From contig JAZNSW010000029.1 in the NCBI GenBank assembly GCA_045591505.1, forward strand, positions 50,368 to 114,367: a stretch of DNA of 64,000 nt, written 5' to 3'. The notes beneath the pieces were generated by a model, which had not been told where the DNA came from, did no database searches, and was given only the letters and a program-made list of their open reading frames with translations. Of this stretch, positions 26,283 to 34,511 are shown one piece after another. Both the position numbers and the translations under genes were made by a program. How positions within the stretch are numbered: the stretch's first letter is position 1; the number at the start of each line of letters is the position of its first letter. Source of the stretch: Paludibacteraceae bacterium. Its GTDB lineage: Bacteria > Bacteroidota > Bacteroidia > Bacteroidales > Paludibacteraceae.

Positions 26283-27633
26283 TCAAGAACTCCTTCAATT
26301 ACTCCGTTGTGAGGTCATCCCTGCAATCGGTTGTACAGAACCGATTGCCGTGGCATTGTGTACAGCGCGCGCCAAAGAACTCCTTGGTGCCGAGCCAGAC
26401 AAGATCACCGTTTATCTCTCGAAGAACGTTTATAAGAACGCCCTCGCGGTGGGTATCCCCAACACGGGCATGACGGGCTTGCCCATCGCTATTGCCCTCG
26501 GTGCTACGGTCGGCAAATCCGAGTATATGTTGGAGGTCTTGCGCGATGCCACACCCGAAGCAGTAGCGTATGCCAAGGAGTATATGCTACGCGTGCCTGC
26601 TAGTATCAAGGTAGATTACGATGCGCCAAGCTTACTCTACATCCATGTTGAAGTCGCCAATGGCGACCGCACCGCTCAAGCCACTATCATCGATGAGCAT
26701 ACCAACTTCGTCCCATCCCCTGTATCCAATAGCGAAGCGTCCAATAGCCCAAAGGGCGTCCAATATCCTATAGGCAGTACGCCGTCCAATAGCGAAGCGT
26801 CCGAGCCTTCGGCTCTCTCTCTCCGCCGTGTCTATGACTTCGCTATGGAAGTGGACACCCACGAACTCACGTTCTTGCTTGAGGGAGCACAGATGAACAC
26901 TACCGCCGCCGAAACCTCTTTCGCCGAGCAGTATGGTCATGGTTTAGGTCGCCTCCTTCGCCCAATATCCAATAGCGAAGCGTCCAATAGCCCGCAGGGC
27001 GTCCAATATCCAATAGGCAGTACGCCGTCCGCCCAAGCCCTCTTCGGCGACACCCTCTTCACCAAGATTATCAGTTACACCTGCGGCGCATGCGATGCCC
27101 GCATGTCGGGTGCGATGGTGCAAGTAATGAGCAATTCAGGTTCGGGTAATCAGGGCATTTCGTGCTCTATTCCTGTGTATTTGTACGCGAAGGAGAATCA
27201 TTGTTCCGAAGAACAAACACTTCGCGCTCTGGCACTGAGCAACCTCACCGTTATCTATATCAAACAGTCGCTCGGACGTCTGTCTGCCTTGTGCGGTTGC
27301 GTGGTGGCTGCCACGGGTTCGGCAGCAGGTATCACCTACCTCATGGGCGGCAACTACGAGGAGATTACCTACGCCATCAAGAATATGATTGCCAATATAT
27401 CGGGTATGATTTGCGACGGTGCTAAACCGGGTTGCGCATTGAAGGTTACCAGTGGAGTAGCTACGGCTATCTTCAGCGCATATCTGGCAATGCAACACTC
27501 ATATGCCGACTCCACCGAAGGTATTGTGGAAGACGATATCGACCGCACTATCCGCAACCTCACTCGCATCGGTCACGATGGTATGAAAGTCACCGACGAC
27601 CTCATCCTCGACATCATGACCCACAAAAAATAG
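26275..27633 (+). CDS. UPF0597 / YhaM-like (serine dehydratase alpha-like, cysteine desulfidase family) protein
   Basis: N-terminal LLRCEVIPAIGCTEPIAVAL and a C-terminal GMICDGAKPGCALK motif. Contains two in-frame 63-nt repeat copies. Confidence 0.8.
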   Translation: MTNQELLQLLRCEVIPAIGCTEPIAVALCTARAKELLGAEPDKITVYLSKNVYKNALAVGIPNTGMTGLPIAIALGATVGKSEYMLEVLRDATPEAVAYAKEYMLRVPASIKVDYDAPSLLYIHVEVANGDRTAQATIIDEHTNFVPSPVSNSEASNSPKGVQYPIGSTPSNSEASEPSALSLRRVYDFAMEVDTHELTFLLEGAQMNTTAAETSFAEQYGHGLGRLLRPISNSEASNSPQGVQYPIGSTPSAQALFGDTLFTKIISYTCGACDARMSGAMVQVMSNSGSGNQGISCSIPVYLYAKENHCSEEQTLRALALSNLTVIYIKQSLGRLSALCGCVVAATGSAAGITYLMGGNYEEITYAIKNMIANISGMICDGAKPGCALKVTSGVATAIFSAYLAMQHSYADSTEGIVEDDIDRTIRNLTRIGHDGMKVTDDLILDIMTHKK

Positions 27634-27822
27634 TGCCAAAGGCACGAAAAGCGGTCGCCATTGGCGACGTAAGTAGTTTTCGACGAAAATGGCACCTGTG
27701 GTGCGAAAGTGGCTAAAGCGTACATGAGCGAAGCGAATCAATTTCGTGAACGAAGTGAACCATTTTCGTGAGCAAAGCGAAGTAATAACGTGAAACGAAG
27801 TGAAACCATCAACGTGAATAAA

Positions 27823-28824
27823 ATGAACAAATTCCGCCCCATCCGCGCTTATCATACTGGTTGGCTTTTGCCATTCATTGATTTTCTTATCCTCTACCCT
27901 ATCCTTTTGGTCATGCGTCGTAAGACCACCAAGGGTATCCAACTGCAATATCATGGCGACAGAAAGCAGATTGAGCAAGATATCCGCCATGGTGCTTTCT
28001 TTATGACCAACCACCGCGACATTATCATGGATGCCACTTGGCTCACTTTCCTGTTGCGTGTCCGCTATTTTATCCATCCCTATTTTGGTATTGGCAACAA
28101 CCTGTTCGGCAAATGGTGGATTGAGTTCGTAGTGCGTTTCCTGCGTGGTTTTGTAGTTATCCGCAATGGTGGTTTCCGTGAACAAGTCAGCAACGCCACT
28201 ACTCTCTCGCAGTATATCCGCCACTTACGCAAACACCACAAATCCATCTGGTTAGCGCAACGCGAGGGGCGTGCTAAAGATGGCAATGATATCACCCAAC
28301 CGGGTGTGTTGAAGATGCTCACGATTGATGCCGAAGACTTCTTCGAGAGCGTAAAGGAGCTTAATATCTGCCCTGTCAGTATCTCCTATGAGTTCGATCC
28401 TTGCGACTACCTCAAAGCTCGCGAGATGCAACTCAAACGCGATAATCCCAAGTGGCGCAAGTCCCGTAAGGATGATTTGGTTTCCATGAAAGTGGGTATT
28501 GATGGTCAGAAAGGACGTATTGTCTATCGTTTGACACCATCTATCAATCACGATATTGACCGTGCTCTTGCTGCGCAACCCGAGTTGCGCGAACTGAGCC
28601 GTAACGAGCAGATTCAGTTTGTATGCCAAATCATTGACCAGCATATCCATGCGGCGTATGAGATCTACCCACGCGGCAAAGAGTTTGACGAGTATATTGA
28701 TAGCCGCTTGCAACTCATCCACCTCTCCAATAAGGACACGGACTTCCTCCGCGCCCGCCTCTATGAGATGTACAACTACCCTGTACTAAACTACGAAAAA
28801 GCAGTAAAAAAGTACGATTATTAA
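27823..28824 (+). CDS. lysophospholipid/glycerol acyltransferase family protein
   Basis: NHRDIIMD (the HX4D acyltransferase motif). ATG 27823 preferred over GTG 27790. Confidence 0.75.
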   Translation: MNKFRPIRAYHTGWLLPFIDFLILYPILLVMRRKTTKGIQLQYHGDRKQIEQDIRHGAFFMTNHRDIIMDATWLTFLLRVRYFIHPYFGIGNNLFGKWWIEFVVRFLRGFVVIRNGGFREQVSNATTLSQYIRHLRKHHKSIWLAQREGRAKDGNDITQPGVLKMLTIDAEDFFESVKELNICPVSISYEFDPCDYLKAREMQLKRDNPKWRKSRKDDLVSMKVGIDGQKGRIVYRLTPSINHDIDRALAAQPELRELSRNEQIQFVCQIIDQHIHAAYEIYPRGKEFDEYIDSRLQLIHLSNKDTDFLRARLYEMYNYPVLNYEKAVKKYDY

Positions 28825-29120
28825 GATTTCATTCCCTTGTACCTTCCCTATCTCTCTCGTGTTAATAACCAAGAACGAACCAAAGACGAACCTAGGATGA
28901 ACCTACCAACTCTCAAACTCAAAAAAGTACTTTTATTAAGATTGCCATCCTTTTTCCCTCTCTTATACCTTCCCCTATTTCACCGACCGACGACCGACCG
29001 ACGACCGAGAGAACTCCGACTCAACTCCTCGCTTACAAAAATGCTTTTTGTTATGCTTTTTGTTAATATAACCTAAAATACTTGACTCGATTCCTAAAAA
29101 GATTGACTGCTATCCTGAAA
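28819..29120. repeat. composite interspersed repeat, inverted partner of 3318-3496 (two word-array/tail units plus M1 box)
   Basis: Unit 1 at 28819-28903, unit 2 at 28931-29008 (word ccgaccgacgaccg), M1 at 29073-29120. Unit 1 overlaps the stop codon of the acyltransferase gene. Confidence 0.7.
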
Positions 29121-29207
29121 AGATTACCTGATAATTATGCACTTCACACTCATTTTTGAGTGCGCTATCTTAAAAATCTCTCACTTCCGTTACAAAATAA
29201 AAAAATA

Positions 29208-29239
29208 TTTGCATATTTCAAAAAAAATAAGTATTTTTG
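29208..29239 (+). promoter_or_regulatory. promoter of the J-domain cassette (TTTG-N20-TATTTTTG)
   Basis: tttg at 29208-29211 and tatttttg at 29232-29239, about 40 nt upstream of ATG 29279. Confidence 0.55.
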
Positions 29240-29278
29240 CGGTCACATATGAAATTTAGAATAAACTTATAAACAATT

Positions 29279-29674
29279 ATGGCTTTTTGGAATAGAATAG
29301 TAAACTGGTTTAGAGATTTATCAGAACGAGATAGATTGATAAACGATTTTAATGCATCTGCAAGGGGCGCTTTTACACAATTATCTGTTGGAACATTGTT
29401 AGAGGCCAGGTCAAAAAGTGGTTGTAAAGAGTTTAGACATGAATGTTCTAGTTTCTTTTTACCAACAGGTTTCTGCATTAAAGCCACTAAAGGAATTCCT
29501 TTGACTAGAGATGAAATCTTGTACATTGGAACTGTTATCCTTACAAATGAGGCTTTAGTTAGAAGACTATTTGTGCTAGGGTGGGACACCCTATATGTAG
29601 AGGACATTGTAGGAAATAAACAAGCTAAGTGGTCAATAAAAGAGTTTACTAACATAGGTTTAATGCTTCGATAA
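29279..29674 (+). CDS. hypothetical protein (131 aa), first gene of the cassette
   Basis: ORF track. AT-rich. Its stop is 1 nt before the next ATG. Confidence 0.6.
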   Translation: MAFWNRIVNWFRDLSERDRLINDFNASARGAFTQLSVGTLLEARSKSGCKEFRHECSSFFLPTGFCIKATKGIPLTRDEILYIGTVILTNEALVRRLFVLGWDTLYVEDIVGNKQAKWSIKEFTNIGLMLR

Positions 29675-29675
29675 A

Positions 29676-29969
29676 ATGAGCAAGATAGGAAGATTTTTTA
29701 GAGGTTTATTTAAAACCTCTGAAACAGACAAGTTAAGAGATAAAATACTAAATGAAGAAATAGATTTTGGAAATGTTGTGTCAAGTTCATTACTCGCTAA
29801 GAACCTATATGATGAATTAAAGAAAATTTGCCACCCAGACAGATTCCTTAACGAGCAAGACATAAACAAAGCTAATGAGTTATTTCAGTTAGTAACGCAA
29901 AATAAAGGAGATTATAACAAACTCCTATCCCTAAAAGAACAAATATATAAAGAATTACCTATTAACTAA
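29676..29969 (+). CDS. stand-alone J-domain-like protein (97 aa, HPD motif)
   Basis: ...NLYDELKKICHPDRFLNEQDINKANELFQLVTQN... HPD at residues 53-55 (29832-29840), between segments resembling J-domain helices II and III. Confidence 0.6.
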   Translation: MSKIGRFFRGLFKTSETDKLRDKILNEEIDFGNVVSSSLLAKNLYDELKKICHPDRFLNEQDINKANELFQLVTQNKGDYNKLLSLKEQIYKELPIN

Positions 29970-29986
29970 AAAATATTGATAATTAT

Positions 29987-30790
29987 ATGGGCGACAATAA
30001 AGTTTCTGAAAAAGCCATCTGGGAAGGTTCTATTCCATCAGACGATGGGAATACTCAATTTTCTCCATTCCCGCAATCTCAACCGCAAATGATGTTTTGC
30101 TATAAATGCAAAAATGTCATCCCTGCTAATTCCAAATATTGTCCATTTTGTCAAATCGAATTATATACAAAATGTCCGAAGTGTGGAGCAAAATACTCGT
30201 CGCAATATCCTGCTTGTAATCAGTGCGGAACAAATAGATTAGAGTACTTAAAGGCACAGAAAATAGAGCAAGAACGAGTTGAAGCAAGAAAACGAGAAGA
30301 AGCTGAAAGACAAGAGAAGGAAAAGTACGAGCGCAAAAAAGAGCAGATAATGAATACTCAGGAGTATCAATCTACATATTCTATTTTGGAAGAAGCTTTA
30401 GAAAGTTTTGGAAGAAAAGATATAATAAAATGTATAATGAAGATTGTTTTATTATTAAGCACTTTTTTGGTATCTTGTTGGTTGATATATGATGATTCGT
30501 GGATAGATTCCCTAAATGAAGGAATAGTTGTAGTAATAATTTTTTTATGGGCTTTGCTACAAATAGGTCTCATTGTTGGAATTGTACTATCAATCGGTCA
30601 ATTAGGCGATATAGAAACACGGGAACAATATATTTGGCGGTATATCGGCAAAAAGGAATATGATTATAATAAAGATATGCTTGAATTTGTAGTGAAGCAA
30701 TTTAGAGATTCCTCATTATCTACATCCGACATACTGGAAAAATTGTCACGATGGTGCGTTGATGCTTATGAGGAAAAAAGAAAAAAATAG
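29987..30790 (+). CDS. double zinc-ribbon, coiled-coil, transmembrane protein (267 aa)
   Basis: CxxC pairs at C38/41, C52/55, C63/66 and C77/80. A KE-rich stretch EQERVEARKREEAERQEKEKYERKKE. Two to three hydrophobic helices (residues ~150-205). Confidence 0.65.
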   Translation: MGDNKVSEKAIWEGSIPSDDGNTQFSPFPQSQPQMMFCYKCKNVIPANSKYCPFCQIELYTKCPKCGAKYSSQYPACNQCGTNRLEYLKAQKIEQERVEARKREEAERQEKEKYERKKEQIMNTQEYQSTYSILEEALESFGRKDIIKCIMKIVLLLSTFLVSCWLIYDDSWIDSLNEGIVVVIIFLWALLQIGLIVGIVLSIGQLGDIETREQYIWRYIGKKEYDYNKDMLEFVVKQFRDSSLSTSDILEKLSRWCVDAYEEKRKK

Positions 30791-30857
30791 ATATATCTCA
30801 CGCCTCATATAAAAAACGCAACTCTTCAGAAATGAGATAGCAAATTTTAACACGACT

Positions 30858-31334
30858 ATGGATAAGAAGGAATTATGGCATGAAATGCTAACCACATATT
30901 GCAGTAGAATGCATTATACAGGATTAACATTGCCTAATATGATAGGTGCATATTATTACTATTGTAAGTTCAATTATGAAGACTATGATTTATCATCAAG
31001 TAATTGTGTCTTTCGGGTGTTATATGACATATCAAATAGTCTAAAAGACATGGGAGTGCTAATCAGGTATTGTGGACACATTAGGAAATATGTTTTATCT
31101 CCCCTCGAAGATAAGAATATGCAACATCCTAAACTTAATGATAGAATCTTTTTACAAATGTACGATTCGCAACTAAAAACAAATTCTTCTAGTATAGAAA
31201 ATCTTGCAGAATATTTATATTCGCTTCATCAAAACGAAATTAAAGAAAAGAAATTCTCGCTTAAAAACGGCATTTGGCAACCTCTATCTAATATTGAACG
31301 TGAATACATTAACAACATTATACATTCCCTTTAG
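30858..31334 (+). CDS. hypothetical protein (158 aa)
   Basis: ORF track. A possible winged-helix-like segment (DMGVLIRYCGHIRKYVLSP), weakly supported. Confidence 0.5.
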   Translation: MDKKELWHEMLTTYCSRMHYTGLTLPNMIGAYYYYCKFNYEDYDLSSSNCVFRVLYDISNSLKDMGVLIRYCGHIRKYVLSPLEDKNMQHPKLNDRIFLQMYDSQLKTNSSSIENLAEYLYSLHQNEIKEKKFSLKNGIWQPLSNIEREYINNIIHSL

Positions 31335-31411
31335 TAACCATGACAACTTTCAATAGAATGATTAATGTTGCTGTCGAAAAAGTTGACACTTAAGATATGC
31401 AAAAACAAAAA

Positions 31412-31443
31412 TTTGCACATATAGAAAAAAAGCAGTACCTTTG
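31412..31443 (+). promoter_or_regulatory. promoter (TTTG-N20-TACCTTTG) of the 227-aa membrane protein gene
   Basis: tttg at 31412-31415 and tacctttg at 31436-31443. Confidence 0.55.
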
Positions 31444-31482
31444 CAATGAATTTTAATAATTAAACATAAACTAATTATAACT

Positions 31483-32166
31483 ATGAAACTTTCTCTTAAA
31501 ACTTCATCCCTTTTCGCCGCAATAGCAATATCCATCTACTGTGTATATACAATATTAGATGGAGCAATGAACACCCCCCGATATCATCATGTATTTACCA
31601 GCTTATACATAGACAAGTTTTTAACATTCCAATATAATAGGATGATTTGGGTCACACTGATGCTTGTCGCTATTGCTCTATTAGGTGTGGCATTATTCAT
31701 TCATCGCAAACATATACCACAACTATCCAAATCTTTACTTTGGCAGGCGAGGATTATTACTACGATACTTTCTCTATATATCATTTACAACATTGCACGC
31801 CAAACCATTGGATCATCTTTTGAATCATTAACACATCTTGAGTATTCCTTGTATGTCACTGATTGCGTTGAGAGTACAATGATGTATAATGGTGGTCTTA
31901 TGGTGTGGATTTCTATATGGTTGTGGCAATTCGCTTTTCTAAAGCCAACAAATACCTTTGAGACCAACCGTTTAGGCATTAGTGGCATTTTAATCGCAAT
32001 AGGCGTAGGCATCATTTTATTATTGATGTTCATCTCTTTTGTACATGTCATGACAACTGATCGTGTAATTGGTTTCAGCATAAATATATTTATCGGTTGG
32101 TTTAAACCTCTATCTGCTCTAGCATTATTGAGTGTATATTTATTAGAACAACGCAAGACCCACTAG
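31483..32166 (+). CDS. hypothetical ~6-helix membrane protein (227 aa)
   Basis: ORF track. Repeated hydrophobic helices. Confidence 0.6.
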   Translation: MKLSLKTSSLFAAIAISIYCVYTILDGAMNTPRYHHVFTSLYIDKFLTFQYNRMIWVTLMLVAIALLGVALFIHRKHIPQLSKSLLWQARIITTILSLYIIYNIARQTIGSSFESLTHLEYSLYVTDCVESTMMYNGGLMVWISIWLWQFAFLKPTNTFETNRLGISGILIAIGVGIILLLMFISFVHVMTTDRVIGFSINIFIGWFKPLSALALLSVYLLEQRKTH

Positions 32167-32303
32167 GGCAAAGTTCAAAAAAACACTACAAGCAGGAGGT
32201 AAATAATGAGCATTTTCGAAGTGTGACAATTTGTCACCAACTGATCTTTTTTACAAAAGTAAAAAATCGTGATACGATATCCTAATTAGAGTATTATTAA
32301 ACT

Positions 32304-32664
32304 ATCTTCGGCACACGAAAACTTTTTTCAAAAAAAATACACCCACGCGGGAAGTCCAGTAAACACTGCACTTCCCGCGTGTTGTATATACCATTTTACC
32401 CTCCAAATTCTCCAATCTTCGGCGCAAAAACCTTTCCACACCGAAGATTCAGCACCCCTATAGTATATAGATGCGTAAGGAAAACGGAAAGGTGAAAACG
32501 GAAAACTAAAAGCCACAAATAGGGCACATTTAGGCAACAGATATGCTACAGTGGTCGCGAATTGGTCGCCAAGCCCGCAGTCAACTCGAGAGTGACCTGA
32601 AAGCCACCGAAAGCCCATAGATGTCCCAGAGATCTCCTATGGTGGTCGCCTAATTTGCAGGGAA
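32304..32664. repeat. structured intergenic repeat, copy 1 (conserved ends, variable centre)
   Basis: Alignable to 34007-34382 over the first ~165 nt and the last ~55 nt. Hairpin at 32346-32379 preceded by A8. Confidence 0.8.
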
Positions 32665-32742
32665 TTTTTTGCACAAAAGCAACAAAACGCACCAAAAAAT
32701 GTGCAAATATCAAATAAAATGCACCAAAAAAAGTGCATTCTC

Positions 32743-32773
32743 TTGCATGAATAAGATTTTTTAGTTATCTTTG
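32743..32773 (+). promoter_or_regulatory. promoter (TTG-N20-TATCTTTG) of the AAA ATPase gene
   Basis: ttg at 32743-32745 and tatctttg at 32766-32773. Confidence 0.5.
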
Positions 32774-32811
32774 CAGCGAATTTTGAATACGCAATACAAA
32801 ACAAACATACT

Positions 32812-33987
32812 ATGAAAGCTCTGCAAGAAGAAATGAAACGCCAGTTGAAGCACCTTAATCCTAAGATGATTCGACGTTACATGCACGACGTAATTGATTG
32901 GGACGCACGCCTAATAAGTATCCTTGGTGCTCGAGGAGTGGGAAAAACAACACTTCTACTTCAGCATATAAAAGAAACTAATGACATCGAACATTCGTTG
33001 TTTGTGTTTGCTGATAACATCTATTTTGCGACACACCGCCTATTTGACTTGGCAAATACATTTGTACAATATGGAGGTAAGTACTTGTATATAGATGAAA
33101 TTCATAAATACGCTAATTGGTCCACCGAAATTAAAAACATCTATGATAGTTTCCCTTCATTGAAAGTAGTATATACTGGTTCCTCTATCTTGGACTTAGA
33201 AAAAGGTGGTGCCGATCTGTCACGTCGAAAACTGCAATATCATATGCAAGGACTTAGTCTGCGTGAGTTTGTGGAACTGAAATATGGATATAAAATTCGG
33301 CAACATTCGCTACAGGAACTGATAGATGGAAAAATAGACTGGCCTTACGATGCACTGAAACCATTACCCGTGATGGCTGAGTATTTGCAATATGGGTATT
33401 ATCCATATTTTACAGATGGACATTTCCACGAGCATCTTCATAGTTCGCTATTGCAAACACTCGAGGTTGATATTCCCACTTTTGCACAGATGAATGTCGG
33501 AACAACCCGAAAACTCAAAACATTGCTCGGTATTATTGCAGCTAGTGTACCATTCAAACCTAATATGCAAGCCATTGCGCGGGATTTGGGAATAAGTCGT
33601 AATGATATTTCTGACCTGCTATTCTATCTCGAAAAAGCAGGAGTAATTATGCAACTCCGCCAAACTACTGAAGGTATAGCCCTTTTGGGTAAAGTGGAAA
33701 AAGTATATCTCAACAACACGAATTTAATGTACCTTTTAGCATCTGAAAACATTGAGATAGGCAACGTGCGCGAAACCTTCTTCCTTTCAGCCACCAATAT
33801 GACAGAACGTGTTTTTGCCTCAACAATTAGCGATTTCCAAATAGGCGAATATACATTTGAAGTTGGAGGTAAAAAGAAAGGGAAAAAGCAACTTGCAGAA
33901 GCAAAATATGGCATTGTTGTTCGTGATGATATTGAATATGCATCGCCTGCGGTTATACCACTCTTTGCCTTTGGGTTATTGTACTAA
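32812..33987 (+). CDS. AAA+ ATPase of the COG1373 type (AAA_14 plus DUF4143-like C-terminus)
   Basis: Walker A GARGVGKTT and Walker B LYIDEIHKY. Size and C-terminal region are typical of this family, as far as I recall. Confidence 0.8.
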   Translation: MKALQEEMKRQLKHLNPKMIRRYMHDVIDWDARLISILGARGVGKTTLLLQHIKETNDIEHSLFVFADNIYFATHRLFDLANTFVQYGGKYLYIDEIHKYANWSTEIKNIYDSFPSLKVVYTGSSILDLEKGGADLSRRKLQYHMQGLSLREFVELKYGYKIRQHSLQELIDGKIDWPYDALKPLPVMAEYLQYGYYPYFTDGHFHEHLHSSLLQTLEVDIPTFAQMNVGTTRKLKTLLGIIAASVPFKPNMQAIARDLGISRNDISDLLFYLEKAGVIMQLRQTTEGIALLGKVEKVYLNNTNLMYLLASENIEIGNVRETFFLSATNMTERVFASTISDFQIGEYTFEVGGKKKGKKQLAEAKYGIVVRDDIEYASPAVIPLFAFGLLY

Positions 33988-34006
33988 TGTAGGATTTCTT
34001 ACATAA

Positions 34007-34382
34007 CCTTCGGCACAATCTTCGCGCGAAGAAACTTTTTTCAAAAAAAATACACCCACGCGGAAGCTCTTGTAATACAGATGCTTCCGCGTGTTGTATA
34101 TACCATTTTACTCTCCAAATTCTCAAACCTTCGGCACAAAACCCCTTCCGTGCCGAAGATACGGCATTACTATATATAATAGAGAGATTCCTTGAGCGCC
34201 CAAGGGAGTTGATTCGGGCGCAATGTTGTTGATTTGATGTTGTTGAAGTTGTTGATATTGTCGTCTGACAACAAACAAGCGGCAGAAGTAGCGACATTAT
34301 TATAGAGACGCATCAAAAAAGCCATAGAAAGCCCATAGATGTCCCAGAGATATCCTATCATGGTCGCCTAATATGCAAGGAA
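34007..34382. repeat. structured intergenic repeat, copy 2
   Basis: See copy 1. It starts 20 nt after the ATPase stop codon. Confidence 0.8.
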
Positions 34383-34459
34383 CTCGTGGCAATTTCAATG
34401 CAACTGACCGCTTATATATAACTTTTTGCAAGAAAAACAATAAAAAGTTTCATATTTTC

Positions 34460-34490
34460 TTTGATAAATCAATTATTTATTGTACCTTTG
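34460..34490 (+). promoter_or_regulatory. promoter (TTTG-N19-TACCTTTG) of abiEi
   Basis: tttg at 34460-34463 and tacctttg at 34483-34490. Confidence 0.55.
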
Positions 34491-34511
34491 CGGAGAATTT
34501 GAAACCAACTA

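Noticed and set aside
3318-29120. The idea that the 25-kb block between the mirrored repeats is an actively invertible segment
   Set aside because: No recombinase gene is present in the window, the repeats are short and imperfect, and the block contains essential genes on both strands. It is kept only as a check (read-level inversion isoforms) under the repeat finding.
32328-34297. ORFs 32328-32618 (96 aa) and 33953-34297 (114 aa), which share the peptide KGFCAE..RIWRVKWYIQHA
   Set aside because: The shared peptide only reflects the conserved DNA of the two repeats. Both ORFs read straight through the hairpin-plus-U-run terminators, and their non-shared parts are unrelated. They are treated as non-coding.
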